Source: Hadesarchaea archaeon (GTDB lineage: Archaea > Hadarchaeota > Hadarchaeia > Hadarchaeales > Hadarchaeaceae). Taken from it: 64,000 nt of DNA. A program made the translations under genes and the position numbers. The stretch spans positions 128,673 to 192,672 of the forward strand of contig JAPDJH010000002.1 of the NCBI GenBank assembly GCA_029259175.1, written 5' to 3'. Below are positions 39,242 through 49,737 of this stretch, one piece after another (position 1 is the stretch's first letter; each line of letters starts with the position of its first letter). The notes below the pieces were generated by a model. That model saw only the letters and a list, made by a program, of their open reading frames with translations. It was not told the origin of the DNA and searched no databases.

Positions 39242-40965
39242 ACGCGCTTACCCTTCTTCTGTTGTTGTTCCCGGTACAACTGCTCGATCTCGGTGATGGT
39301 GGTGGCCTCCTCTGGACGCTTGTCTTCTCGTATTCGGATAAAGCGCGGAAATCTTAGACCCATGCCGCTTGTGTGTTTTTCCTCGGGACTGCGCTGAATT
39401 TCTTCAAAACCCACTTCGAAGACCACTTCTGGCTTGAAGTACGCATCGGCCTCGATTTCTATCTCCACATCTGGATGCGGTTTTGGGATTTGGAGGGGCT
39501 TGAACAGCTGGGTCAGCTGCTCCAAATCTTCATCCGAATATCCCGTTCCGCACTTGGTGATGGTCTTATAGGTGTTGGTTGTTGCGTCTCTGGCCGCCAA
39601 GATATAGCTACCATAGACGCCTGCTCGTTTTCCCTTCCCGTAAAGAGCTCCGACCACTACCAAGTCCACGGTGTCTAGTGTGGGCTTGAGCTTCAACCAC
39701 ATGAACTCTCGTTTCCCGGCACGATAGGGGGACTTCAGGTCCTTAGCTAGGAGCCCCTCGTGACCTATTTTGACCGCGTATTCAGCGAACTCGCGGATCT
39801 CGGATGGAGAACCCAAAATGCGCTGTTCGACGATTTGGACGTGGTCGTTCGGCTTTACGATTTTTTCGAGGGTTTTCCTCCGTTCTGTGTATGGCTTGGA
39901 CATCAAAACCTTATCTCCCACCAAAAGCACGTCAAACAGATAAAGAACTACCGGGATTTCTTTCACAGCTTTGGAGATCCCGTACTTGCGCCGTCTTTTT
40001 AACACTTCTTGAAACGGCATGGGTCTGCCGGACTCTGGATTGATGGCGACCAGCTCTCCGTCCACTATGGCACGTGGCGTGGTGATGGCGTCGTGCACTG
40101 GCTTCACCAAATCGGGAAACATGTTGGTGTAGTCCTCCATTCGCCTAGTGAACAGCTTCACATCAGAATCGTTTTTGTGCGCCTGAATGCGAATACCATC
40201 TAATTTGATTTCGAAGGCGGCCTTTCCATTCATTCTTTTTAGAATCTCTTCCGGACTCTCTGCTCGTTGGGCCAGCATTGGGCTCACCGGGTGACCAATC
40301 GTTACGGTGACGCGCTTTAGCCCGGCCGCTCCGGAGCGCGCTACGGCTTCAGCGACGACGGAATAGTCCGAAGCCAGCATGTACGCGTGCTCGACTTCCT
40401 CAGGATTGACACCAAAGGCCGTGGCGATGGCGTCCCGCAACCTTCCTTCGGCCACACCGATTCTAAGGTCGCCTAGCACCGTGCGCACTATGAACTTGGC
40501 TTCAACGGGCTGTGCGCTCGTGAGCAGGCCGGCGACTAGTTCCAGTTTGCGGTCGGTTGATTTTGCCCCAGTTATCTCAGGTAGCCGTTTGATGGCGTTG
40601 AACACCTCATCTACCGTCAGCGGTTTTGCGAAGAGGGAGACCTGCTTTCGTTTGGTTATCAGCTGCTCGGCCACTTCTCCGAGATCTCCGATTTTGGTCA
40701 TCAGCTTGTCCACTTCGGTGGTTTCATAGCCGGATGCCATAGCGACAGCTTTCTTCAGTTGTTGGTGTGCGACACCAGTTTCTTTCGAAATATAGGTTGG
40801 CCAGGCCCTTCCGAGCATGAGGAGGACAACCTTTCCGATTTCCTGAGGGGGCGTCTTCTTCAGCAGGTCTGCAATGATTTTGTTTTTTTCCAAGTAGGAC
40901 GCTGTTTTTTCCAGCTTCTCGAAGGTCTGAGCCAATTCCAGATATTTCACTCTCTCCACCCCCAA
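39238..40965 (-). CDS. lig: ATP-dependent DNA ligase
   Basis: The active-site motif KLDGIRIQAH is present, and the product is full length. Confidence 0.9.
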   Translation of the reverse strand: MGVERVKYLELAQTFEKLEKTASYLEKNKIIADLLKKTPPQEIGKVVLLMLGRAWPTYISKETGVAHQQLKKAVAMASGYETTEVDKLMTKIGDLGEVAEQLITKRKQVSLFAKPLTVDEVFNAIKRLPEITGAKSTDRKLELVAGLLTSAQPVEAKFIVRTVLGDLRIGVAEGRLRDAIATAFGVNPEEVEHAYMLASDYSVVAEAVARSGAAGLKRVTVTIGHPVSPMLAQRAESPEEILKRMNGKAAFEIKLDGIRIQAHKNDSDVKLFTRRMEDYTNMFPDLVKPVHDAITTPRAIVDGELVAINPESGRPMPFQEVLKRRRKYGISKAVKEIPVVLYLFDVLLVGDKVLMSKPYTERRKTLEKIVKPNDHVQIVEQRILGSPSEIREFAEYAVKIGHEGLLAKDLKSPYRAGKREFMWLKLKPTLDTVDLVVVGALYGKGKRAGVYGSYILAARDATTNTYKTITKCGTGYSDEDLEQLTQLFKPLQIPKPHPDVEIEIEADAYFKPEVVFEVGFEEIQRSPEEKHTSGMGLRFPRFIRIREDKRPEEATTITEIEQLYREQQQKKGKRV

Positions 40966-41002
40966 GTCTAGTATTGGGAGAAAAGGCTAAAACGGTTGGT
41001 AC

Positions 41003-41869
41003 TCAGACATCCACGTGTTCGAGAATTGTTCCGCGCGGGTCCAGTTTGGCCACGATTTTTCCTCCACGGAAAACGCGAACCATCCGGTCCTCCTGGGAGA
41101 CCGTAACGCCAGTAGCGCTCGTTGCTGCCGTCATAGCTGCTACGGCGTGATGGCGAGTTCCCAACCCCTTGGGGATGTCAACGCGTCTGTTGGCGTCCAA
41201 TCTTCTGCAGGAGGCTTTTATGGTTCCATCCTCGGCCACCACGAATGCCCCGTCGAAGTTGGCTGCTATTTTCTTTATGATCTCCCACCCCTCTCGGTTC
41301 TTGAGATTCATGTTGTAGGCCGAAAGGGGATCGGGAAGCAGGGGATGGGAGTAGCGCAGCACTCTCTTCCAATCCCCGATGATGAAAGCGGCCCCGACCG
41401 GCTTTCCCTCTACCTCGGCGGATGCCAATTCAACTGCTAGGGTGACGGCCGAGCTGGTCGTCTCACCCCACTCGAACACTTTTTCTTCTCCGGTGACTCG
41501 CCAGACCTTGAGCACGTCGGTTGCGTCCGGAACTCCGTTGCCGACCAAACACAGAACGTTTTCCCCCACGCGCAGATAGCCTTTGTCCAGACATTTCGCG
41601 ATAACTTGAGGAATACGGGACAGCTGCCCCTTGTGCCAGTGCTTTACCGATACTAACCTCACGTGCAAATTTTTGGTAGAAACGATGTTTGAAAGGCGCT
41701 TGGGGTCATCGGAAGCCACAATCACTTTTACATGCGGATCCTTCAGGTGGTTGAGCAGCCATGCAAAATTTTTCCCAGACCCAGTGTGAAGCAGAATAGC
41801 ATCGATCTGCTTTGTTCTGCTAACAACAAGCGCAGCCGCCTCGGCCAGGGCTTCGGGGATTTCCACCAC
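41003..41869 (-). CDS. dacZ: Diadenylate cyclase (DAC domain, archaeal DacZ-type)
   Basis: DAC motifs were found: DGAFVV, DGTIKA, GTRHHAA. Confidence 0.8.
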   Translation of the reverse strand: MVEIPEALAEAAALVVSRTKQIDAILLHTGSGKNFAWLLNHLKDPHVKVIVASDDPKRLSNIVSTKNLHVRLVSVKHWHKGQLSRIPQVIAKCLDKGYLRVGENVLCLVGNGVPDATDVLKVWRVTGEEKVFEWGETTSSAVTLAVELASAEVEGKPVGAAFIIGDWKRVLRYSHPLLPDPLSAYNMNLKNREGWEIIKKIAANFDGAFVVAEDGTIKASCRRLDANRRVDIPKGLGTRHHAVAAMTAATSATGVTVSQEDRMVRVFRGGKIVAKLDPRGTILEHVDV

Positions 41870-41942
41870 TTCACCTCTCCGGCCCCATCGCCCCTGGCCC
41901 AGCCATAACTTTGTGTACGTGCTTCTTAATAAATCTTTGCCC

Positions 41943-42308
41943 TTATTTTTCCTCGATTTTCAGTTGCTGTCCCAGATGAAGGCCGAAAACGCTGGCATCG
42001 CCTGCAGGCAGCTCCAACAAATATTTGGCCTTGCTTTTTGGCCGGTAAAAGCGCCATGGGCGAAGATTTTCTTTTATTTCTACTATCTGCCCGTTGTCGT
42101 CCAGATAAACAAGATCTATGGCGAATCGCATAAAGCATGTGTGAATGAAGTGCCTGCCTTTCTTTCTAAATGCGAAAAGAAGACCGTACGAGCGGGCAGG
42201 ACGGGATTTGAGCATTAGTCCTTTGAACCGCTTCAAAAACGAATCTGCTAACACAACATTTTTTAAAACCACCTTTCCGGTCTTGACATCTCTCAGCTTC
42301 ATGAGCAA
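41943..42308 (-). CDS. DUF192 domain protein
   Basis: Family-like pattern was seen (GLMLKSRPARSYGLLF...IDLVYLDDNGQIVEI). Confidence 0.5.
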   Translation of the reverse strand: MLMKLRDVKTGKVVLKNVVLADSFLKRFKGLMLKSRPARSYGLLFAFRKKGRHFIHTCFMRFAIDLVYLDDNGQIVEIKENLRPWRFYRPKSKAKYLLELPAGDASVFGLHLGQQLKIEEK

Positions 42309-42325
42309 GCCCCTACTTATTTCAG

Positions 42326-43135
42326 ATGCCGAGAATAAGATATGTTTCGATGATTCGTCGAAAAAACAAGCTGGCCGTGTTGGAAGAGGGATTCAGAGGG
42401 AAGGTGTTGGTGGCTGGAGACATTCACGGGGACTTAGAAGCGTTTGAGAAGGCAAAAGCGATTTTTGAAAAAGAAGAAGGTGCTGTCTTGGTGTTCTTGG
42501 GGGATTACGCGGACAGAGGAGAAAACGGTCTGGAAGTGATTCGAGGAATATGCGAGCTCTTGGATAGGCACCCCGACCGCGTGGTGGCGTTGAAGGGGAA
42601 CCATGAGGACTACCGCGATGGGCGCCCGTGGTTTTCACCGTGGACACTGGGCTGGGAAGTTGAGGAAAAACTTGGAATCAGCTGGGAGCGCTTCTATCCA
42701 GAATTAGAGGCACGATTGCTAAACCGGTTGTGTCTCGGTTTTCTGATTCCGGGGTTTGCGCTGTGTGTTCACGGAGGAATATGTAGAGCAATAGCTGGTG
42801 AAGAGATGCTTGCCAATCCAACGCCCGAAATCGAAGAAGCCGTGCTCTGGAGCGACCCGGGAGAAAGCGAGGGCGAGAGAGCTAATCCGCGCGGCGCGGG
42901 GATTTTGTTCGGTCCAGACATCACGGGAGAAGTTGTACGAAATCTGAATGTTCGGTTCATCCTGCGCGGGCACGAGCCGCAAAAGGCACTTTTGGGCCCT
43001 TATGCCGAGCACGAAGGGCGCGTGATCACCACTAGTTGCACCGCGGTGTACGGCGGGCGCCCGTTCGTTTTGCGTGTTCGTCCTGAAAAGCACCGAACTC
43101 CGGAGGAACTCACAAACTCTGCTGTTTATTTGTAA
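42326..43135 (+). CDS. PPP-family Ser/Thr protein phosphatase (metallophosphoesterase)
   Basis: GDIHGD, GDYADRG and GNHE motifs are present. Confidence 0.75.
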   Translation: MPRIRYVSMIRRKNKLAVLEEGFRGKVLVAGDIHGDLEAFEKAKAIFEKEEGAVLVFLGDYADRGENGLEVIRGICELLDRHPDRVVALKGNHEDYRDGRPWFSPWTLGWEVEEKLGISWERFYPELEARLLNRLCLGFLIPGFALCVHGGICRAIAGEEMLANPTPEIEEAVLWSDPGESEGERANPRGAGILFGPDITGEVVRNLNVRFILRGHEPQKALLGPYAEHEGRVITTSCTAVYGGRPFVLRVRPEKHRTPEELTNSAVYL

Positions 43136-43668
43136 AATTCTTCGAGCCATGAGATTCTGCCAGGACGAAGAGAGAGTTTGCCCTTCAGCGCTTTTAGCAC
43201 CATGTTGACTACTCGTGAAGGTCTCTTTCCAGTTGTATCGATTTCTATCACCTTTTTCTCTCCGTGTTCCTTCACAGCCTCCCATAGGATGATGTCGAGG
43301 GCCTCGGACTCCAAGTTGTCCTGAAGCTTTTTACCGCTGTAACCCCTTCGCATTAGTCTGCGTTTCAAAACTTTTGGATGAGTTCGTAGGACCACCACGC
43401 GCGTGATGAGTTTTTTGCCGAGCAAGTGGGAGAGCAAACCGTCGATCACCACTGGGCCTCGCGTGTTGCGCAACCGCTTGGACACCTCTTGGCGCAGCGG
43501 TTTCAGATGGGCGACTTTAACCCCCTCACGATCCACGTGATAAAAACGCTTTTCAATGATCAGACGGTTTAGGTCCAGCAATTCGGCATTCAGGCGTTTA
43601 GCAAGTAATTTGCTTACAGCGGTCTTTCCTGTTCCGGGCGTGCCCGTTACAGCGATCACGGCTCGCAC
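43126..43668 (-). CDS. Fap7/adenylate-kinase-6-like nucleoside monophosphate kinase
   Basis: The P-loop is VTGTPGTGKT, and the product is ~180 aa. Confidence 0.7.
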   Translation of the reverse strand: MRAVIAVTGTPGTGKTAVSKLLAKRLNAELLDLNRLIIEKRFYHVDREGVKVAHLKPLRQEVSKRLRNTRGPVVIDGLLSHLLGKKLITRVVVLRTHPKVLKRRLMRRGYSGKKLQDNLESEALDIILWEAVKEHGEKKVIEIDTTGKRPSRVVNMVLKALKGKLSLRPGRISWLEEFYK

Positions 43669-43674
43669 TCGGTT

Positions 43675-44685
43675 CTACCCCTTCTCACGCCGATCGATGA
43701 TGTCGTTGATATTGGTGCCTGTGGAGATCAGAGTAACTGGAACTCCTGTCTCGCTCTCCACTCGCTCCACGAATTTTTTCGCGTCGTCGGGGAGGCCGTC
43801 CCATTCGCGTACTCCTGCTGCGTCTTTGAACAAGCGGTCGACGCACGTGATGGCGATCTGGGTTGCTCCGTTGATCATGGTGGAGCGCTTGGCGAGGTCG
43901 AAGTCAAACGTGCCTATTCGACGCCTTCGTCCGGTAACCGTTGCGTATTCAACGATTCCTAGACGCTCGGCTTCCTGCGGCGGGATCTCCGTGGGGAATG
44001 GACCACCTCCCACTCTTGACACATATGCTTTGAATACCAGGAGCACCTCGTCAATCTTGGTCGGCCCGAGACCCACATCGGCAGCGAAGGAGCTGGCTGT
44101 GGTGTCTTTGCTGGTGACATAGGGATAAGTGCCGTGGTAAAGAGAGAGTCCGAAGCCTTGGGAGCCCTCTACGAGGACCAGCTTGTTTTCACGGAGCGCT
44201 CGATTTATTTCGAGGGGCACGTCTGTGAGAAAGGGTTCGAGTTCTGACACGTCTTTGGCCAGCTTGGCCTGGCGTGCAACACGTGCCATGTTGGCGGGCC
44301 CGCAACCGGTTCCGGTGGTTCCTATCTTTCCTCGCAGATGGACGGACGATCGATCGGCCTCAATGTGCTGTGGCTCGATGATCGCGCACTGGCGATCCAC
44401 GCCGAGCCGGTTGCGAGTGTTGGTAAGCTCCACTTCCTTGAGCAGGACCTCCGGATTGATCAGCACGCCAGGTCCTATGAGCAAGCGTGCCTGTTCATAG
44501 ACGAAACCGCAGGGGATCTGTCGGAGGCCCAGCTTCTGGTTCTGGTAGTACACGGTGTGGCCAGCGTTGGGGCCCACTCCCGCGCGCGCTATGATGTGAG
44601 GCTTATCATGTAGGGCAAGATATGCGACTATCTTTCCCTTACCCTCGTCGCCCCATTGGCCTCCGGCTACTACTACCGTGGGCAA
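43675..44685 (-). CDS. purA: Adenylosuccinate synthetase (short archaeal form)
   Basis: [13 protein letters not shown] is the P-loop. The start is probably TTG at 44685 (giving [17 protein letters not shown]), not the upstream ATG. Confidence 0.85.
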   Translation of the reverse strand: MPTVVVAGGQWGDEGKGKIVAYLALHDKPHIIARAGVGPNAGHTVYYQNQKLGLRQIPCGFVYEQARLLIGPGVLINPEVLLKEVELTNTRNRLGVDRQCAIIEPQHIEADRSSVHLRGKIGTTGTGCGPANMARVARQAKLAKDVSELEPFLTDVPLEINRALRENKLVLVEGSQGFGLSLYHGTYPYVTSKDTTASSFAADVGLGPTKIDEVLLVFKAYVSRVGGGPFPTEIPPQEAERLGIVEYATVTGRRRRIGTFDFDLAKRSTMINGATQIAITCVDRLFKDAAGVREWDGLPDDAKKFVERVESETGVPVTLISTGTNINDIIDRREKG

Positions 44686-44823
44686 ACCAACCGCCGGGAT
44701 TACCTTGTTTGACAAATATTTATAAATGCGAATTGAAGATTTCGAGAAATAAGAGATAATACCGCACAAAAAGTTTAAATACGGCAGAATTGAGGTGGAT
44801 TGTCGAAAAGGAGGTAGAATTGG

Positions 44824-45030
44824 ATGGTGGAGCTACCAATAGCGGCTGTGGATCGAATTATCCGGAAGGCGACGGGAAAACGTGTTAGTGAAACGGCTGC
44901 GGAGGCGCTCGCAGAGATTTTAGAAGATATTGGATCTCAGATCGCGCGCGAGGCTGCAACGCTTGCGGAGCACGCTGGTAGGCGAACCGTTCGGGATGTA
45001 GACATTCGTCTTGCAGCCAAGCGTCTTTAA
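44824..45030 (+). CDS. Archaeal histone (HMf family)
   Basis: [37 protein letters not shown]...[26 protein letters not shown] box lies ~50 nt upstream. Confidence 0.9.
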   Translation: MVELPIAAVDRIIRKATGKRVSETAAEALAEILEDIGSQIAREAATLAEHAGRRTVRDVDIRLAAKRL

Positions 45031-45046
45031 ACACCGGGGCGTCTGA

Positions 45047-45985
45047 ATGGGTCTTCTGCGGGGTGCTCGCAAGGCGGTTAGAGAGTGTCTCAACGTAAAG
45101 CGGAATGAAAGGGTGCTTGTAGTAACAGACCCTCTGCGGCTGGAAATCGGAATGGCTCTTTTTCGCGCCGCCCAAGAAGTGAGCAAAGATGTTTTGCTGG
45201 CCGTGATGCCAACACTTGAGAAGCACGGACAGGAGCCTCCAGCTCAGATAGCTCGTTTGATGCGGGAATCAGACGTCGTGCTTGCTCCCACCACCTATTC
45301 GATAACCCACACGAGGGCAAGGCTCGGGGCGTGTATGGCTGGTGCGCGGGTTGCCACGATGCCAGGGATTACGAGAGATATTATGAGCAGAGGTGCGATG
45401 CTTGCGGATTACCGGAAAGTAAAGAAGCTCACGCTTCGGGTGGCGCGAATCCTCGACCGGGGCTCTCGGGTGAGGATAACCAGCGCGCGAGGAACCGATT
45501 TGAGGTTCGAGATAGGTGGTAGAAAATCGCATCCGGATACGGGAATCATGCACGAAGCGGGCGATTTTGGAAATCTACCAGCGGGCGAGGCGTTCATTGC
45601 ACCAGTAGAAGAAAGCGCAGAAGGGATAGTGGTGATAGACGGCCCTTTTGCTGGAATTCCTGAGTCGCCAGTGCTCATCGAGTTCAGAAATGGTTTTGCA
45701 TGTCGGATTCAAGGAAGTCGCAAGCTGTTGCGGATGCTGGCGGCGGAAGGAAAACATGCGAGACAGCTCGCAGAGTTTGGTATCGGCACCAATCCCCGAG
45801 CTAGGCTTGTGAACAATGTATTGGAGAGCGAGAAAGTGCTGGGGACGTGTCACATCGCGCTTGGAGACAATTCCACGTTTGGTGGCAAGATCGAGGCCAA
45901 TATCCATGTGGATGGGATTGTGCGAAGGCCCACGGTCGAGATCGATGGGCGCGTGGTTCTGGATCGGGGACGGCTCAGGGTGTGA
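45047..45985 (+). CDS. M29-family (aminopeptidase T/AmpS-like) aminopeptidase
   Basis: A C-terminal HIALG motif was seen, with family-like overall pattern. Confidence 0.65.
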   Translation: MGLLRGARKAVRECLNVKRNERVLVVTDPLRLEIGMALFRAAQEVSKDVLLAVMPTLEKHGQEPPAQIARLMRESDVVLAPTTYSITHTRARLGACMAGARVATMPGITRDIMSRGAMLADYRKVKKLTLRVARILDRGSRVRITSARGTDLRFEIGGRKSHPDTGIMHEAGDFGNLPAGEAFIAPVEESAEGIVVIDGPFAGIPESPVLIEFRNGFACRIQGSRKLLRMLAAEGKHARQLAEFGIGTNPRARLVNNVLESEKVLGTCHIALGDNSTFGGKIEANIHVDGIVRRPTVEIDGRVVLDRGRLRV

Positions 45986-45991
45986 AATCAA

Positions 45992-47815
45992 TCATTCTAC
46001 TGTTACTGACTTGGCCAGCGATCGAGGACGGTCTGGGTCTTGTCCTCGGAGCACTGTGGTGTGATAGGCAAGGAGCTGGAGAGGTGTGATGTAGAGAAGG
46101 GGTGAGAAGAGCTCTCGGGTGCGCGGCAGGGTTATGAGCCAATCTACGTGGGCCCCGACATCGGCGTCAGCGTCTGTTAATCCAATCACCCACGCGCCTC
46201 GGGCCTTCACCTCTTCCACATTTCCGATCATACGAGAGCGGGCGTCTCCGGGCGGGATAAGGGCGATAACGGCCGTTCCGGGCTCGATGAGAGCAAGGGT
46301 CCCATGTTTCAGTTCACCGGCCGGGAGGGCTTCGGAGTGGATATAGGTGATTTCTTTGAGTTTGAGTGCGCCTTCGAGGACTGTGGGATATCCAATTCCG
46401 CGGCTGATCAGATAAATATGCTCCACATCTTTGAGTTTTTGGGCGAGTTCTCGAACGGGTCTTTCGGTGGATCGAAGCACGCGTTCAACAACTTTCGGAA
46501 GTTCCTGAAGTTCCACCATCAGTTGGCGCGCTTGAGAACTCGTAATCGTTCGTTTGCACCTAGCAGTTTCGATGGCGAGTCTCAGCAAAAATGCCACTTG
46601 GGCAGCAAATGTTTTCGTGGCTACCACGCTGATCTCGGGCCCCGCGTGGGTGTGACACACGACATCGCTTTCTCTGGTTATAGAACTGCCGATCACGTTG
46701 GTGAGACACGCGATTTTTGCTCCGCTGGCTTTGGCGACCCTCACGGCCTTTAGAGTGTCTGCAGTCTCACCTGACTGAGTGATGGCGAGAACTGTGGTTC
46801 CAGCGGATGCGCGGCAACTTTCCTGGAACTCTGAGGAAATCACGACCTCGGACTGGTAATCTGCCAGCTTGGCTAGGGCATACTTTCCAACGAGGGCAGC
46901 GTGGTAGGAGGTGCCGCACGCGACCATGTAAAAACGCTTAGAACGGAGTAACAAGGCGGCTAAACGTGAGATCTCTGCAGGACTGCTCCGAAGCGTTTCG
47001 CGGATAGCAGCTGGCTGTTCGTAGATCTCTTTGATTGTGAAGTGAGGATAGCCCCCCTTCTCGGCCATCTCGAGAGTCCACTTCACCAGAGTCGGTTTGC
47101 GCACGGTTCGGCGCCAGCTCTTAAGATTGCGAATGATTAGTGCACGGGAAAAAAGAACTGCGAGATCCTCGTCGTGCATCACGATTACGCGCTTGGTGTA
47201 AGGCAGAATGGCGGGGATATCAGAAGCTATGAACATCTCGTTTTTTCCCAGACCTACGATCAGCGGGCTCTCCTTTCTAGCCGCTATGAGCTTGTCGGGA
47301 TTATCACGGATGAGGATGCCCAAGGCAAAACTCCCTTCGAGCTGGCTGAGTGCTCTTCGAACAGCTTGTTCTGGGGAGAGCTTTCGGGAAAGATAGAAAG
47401 AGATGAGATTGGGGATTACCTCGGTGTCGGTGTCAGAACGAAAAGTGAAACCGCGTTTCTTGAGTTCTTGCTTGATCTCCAGATAGTTCTCTATTATCCC
47501 GTTGTGGACCACGGCGACCCGACCAAAGGAATCCACATGGGGGTGAGCGTTTCGCTGCGAGGGCTTTCCGTGGGTTGCCCACCGCGTGTGGCCCAAGCCA
47601 CAGGTTCCGGGCAAGTCCGCTAGATCCAAGCGGGAGTCGATCTCGGCGATTTTCCCGCTGTCCTTTTTCACGTTGAACTTGTCGGTGAGGGTGACAATGC
47701 CGGCCGAATCGTAGCCCCGATACTCCAGTCGCTTTAATGCGTCGAGCAGGAGAGGCGCGGCGGGCCGAGATCCGATGTATCCGACGATTCCACACATTTT
47801 CAGAGCCCCGCTCAC
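45992..47815 (-). CDS. glmS: Glutamine--fructose-6-phosphate aminotransferase
   Basis: The N-terminal nucleophile is MCGIVGY. Two SIS domains are present. Confidence 0.9.
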   Translation of the reverse strand: MSGALKMCGIVGYIGSRPAAPLLLDALKRLEYRGYDSAGIVTLTDKFNVKKDSGKIAEIDSRLDLADLPGTCGLGHTRWATHGKPSQRNAHPHVDSFGRVAVVHNGIIENYLEIKQELKKRGFTFRSDTDTEVIPNLISFYLSRKLSPEQAVRRALSQLEGSFALGILIRDNPDKLIAARKESPLIVGLGKNEMFIASDIPAILPYTKRVIVMHDEDLAVLFSRALIIRNLKSWRRTVRKPTLVKWTLEMAEKGGYPHFTIKEIYEQPAAIRETLRSSPAEISRLAALLLRSKRFYMVACGTSYHAALVGKYALAKLADYQSEVVISSEFQESCRASAGTTVLAITQSGETADTLKAVRVAKASGAKIACLTNVIGSSITRESDVVCHTHAGPEISVVATKTFAAQVAFLLRLAIETARCKRTITSSQARQLMVELQELPKVVERVLRSTERPVRELAQKLKDVEHIYLISRGIGYPTVLEGALKLKEITYIHSEALPAGELKHGTLALIEPGTAVIALIPPGDARSRMIGNVEEVKARGAWVIGLTDADADVGAHVDWLITLPRTRELFSPLLYITPLQLLAYHTTVLRGQDPDRPRSLAKSVTVE

Positions 47816-47831
47816 TTCATCGTCGAGTTTC

Positions 47832-49736
47832 TTAAGGATTGGGGAGAGAAGAATTCAGAAATCGCTTCAGCTCTTGTAAAAGGATGCTGTGAACGGTCTT
47901 TCCATCGATTCTGCCCCGGACCTCCGCCATGACTACTCCCATTAGGGGTTTGAGAGCCGATTCGCCGCGCTCGCGCACAAACTCCTCGCGCTCTTTCAGG
48001 ACACGCTGGACGAGAGCCCGCAGCTCATCCTCTGAAAAAGCGGTTATCTTGAGTTCCTCGATGGCTTGGTCAACGGTTTGCCCTTCGGCCAACTTGGAAA
48101 GCAAATCGGGAATGGCCTCCTTCGCGATATTGCCCGAGGCCTGTCTTTTGAAGAGCTCCAATAAGGCGGAATCCTGGATTCGGTCGACTGGGATTCCCTC
48201 GCGCCTCAGACTGGTGAGGGTCTCGGTGAGCGTGGTCACCACAAGGGTGGGGTCTGCGCCCGTTTCACGCACGATGGACTCGAAGAGATCGGAAAAATCT
48301 GAGCTGACTATGCGGTGGGCGAGTTCAGGATTGAGGTTGAAGAGCTTCTGGTATCGCTCCATCTTTTGTTCCGGAAGTTCGGGCAAAGTTTTCTTTAGTT
48401 TCCGAATGCGAGCAGGGGTGATTGGTCTCGGTGGAATGTCGGTTTCAGGATACATTCGGGCGGCTCCGGGAAGAGGACGCATAAACTCCGTGTTTCCGTC
48501 GGGGAGGGCACGGCGGGTTTCCTCGGGCACTCCCGCGATTGCTTGGTTGGCGCGCGCGACCACGGCCTCGAGGGCACGTCTAGCGTTTTCTGCTTGATCG
48601 GCCACGAGCACCACTGCGTCGAGTTCTCCCGCTCCCAGCGCTTCTCGGAGCTTGCTGGTTTCCTCCTCCGATACGCCGTAGGCCGGGAGTTCGTCGGTGT
48701 GGAATATGCCGCGGACCTTGCCGTAAAGCTTGGCGTGGTCTGCGAATTCGGTTCCGAGACGGCGGCCCGGCTGGATCTCCTTTCCGACCAAACCGGCGAA
48801 CCGTGGAAGCACGACTGCAAGAACTCGGCCCCCCCGGCGGAGTGCCTCTCGGATAATTTTGCACTCGGTTGAAGAGAAAACATCGCTTACGTCACGGATG
48901 TCGGGACGGATTTGAACTGCTCCACGCTTGCGGAGTTCGTTCGCGATTTCGATCAGACCGAGTTGGCGCTGGACTTCGCGGCGAATGACTTCGGAAATGA
49001 GTTCGAGTTCCTGGATGCCCTTGATTTCTTGGCGGGCCCCCTTGGCGATCGAGATGTTGATGTCCTGCCGAATCGTCCCGAGTCCGCGCTTCACTTTTCC
49101 TGTCGCACGCATGAGTTGTCCAATGTAGAAGGCCACCCGAGCAGGGGTCTCGGGATCGGAGAACTCGGCCCCGGTGGCGACCTCGACAAGCGGGATTCCC
49201 AAGCGATCCAGTCTGTAGTCGACGAACTCTGCAAATTCTTTCACCTTGCGGGCGGCGTCTTCTTCGAGACACACGGTCTGGATGGTGTAGCGCTTGCCGT
49301 CGACCTCGACCCAGCCGTCAGTGGCGATCAGCGCTGTGCGCTGGAAGCCGCTGGTGTTGCTCCCATCGATCACGATTTTTCGCATCACGTGGATCTCGTC
49401 GACGGGTTTCGCGTTGAGGAGCAGACAGATTTGAAGAGCGGTGTCGAGGATCTCGTCGTCGATGGGGTGGGGTGGCTCCTCGTCCATCTCTACCAGACAC
49501 ACGGTGTCGGGGTAAAGCTGGTAGTGGAACGACTTCCCTTTGAGGGCCTCGGCCATAGCCGCCCGATCGACCTCACCCATCTCGCTTTGAGTGGGTCTGA
49601 GCCGGCGCGTGATGGTCATGGGCGGGTTCTCATCGCGGAGTACGGAGGGACAGCTGCAGAAGAGCTTGTGGGTTTTAAGTTCTTGGTGGATCTCGAGCCC
49701 GACTTTGAGGCCGAGGGCGCGATAATCGAGATCCAT
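47832..49736 (-). CDS. gatE: Glu-tRNA(Gln) amidotransferase subunit E
   Basis: MDLDYRALGLKVGLEIHQ... is the GatE family. Its start lies 1 nt after the gatD stop. Confidence 0.9.
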   Translation of the reverse strand: MDLDYRALGLKVGLEIHQELKTHKLFCSCPSVLRDENPPMTITRRLRPTQSEMGEVDRAAMAEALKGKSFHYQLYPDTVCLVEMDEEPPHPIDDEILDTALQICLLLNAKPVDEIHVMRKIVIDGSNTSGFQRTALIATDGWVEVDGKRYTIQTVCLEEDAARKVKEFAEFVDYRLDRLGIPLVEVATGAEFSDPETPARVAFYIGQLMRATGKVKRGLGTIRQDINISIAKGARQEIKGIQELELISEVIRREVQRQLGLIEIANELRKRGAVQIRPDIRDVSDVFSSTECKIIREALRRGGRVLAVVLPRFAGLVGKEIQPGRRLGTEFADHAKLYGKVRGIFHTDELPAYGVSEEETSKLREALGAGELDAVVLVADQAENARRALEAVVARANQAIAGVPEETRRALPDGNTEFMRPLPGAARMYPETDIPPRPITPARIRKLKKTLPELPEQKMERYQKLFNLNPELAHRIVSSDFSDLFESIVRETGADPTLVVTTLTETLTSLRREGIPVDRIQDSALLELFKRQASGNIAKEAIPDLLSKLAEGQTVDQAIEELKITAFSEDELRALVQRVLKEREEFVRERGESALKPLMGVVMAEVRGRIDGKTVHSILLQELKRFLNSSLPNP

Positions 49737-49737
49737 C

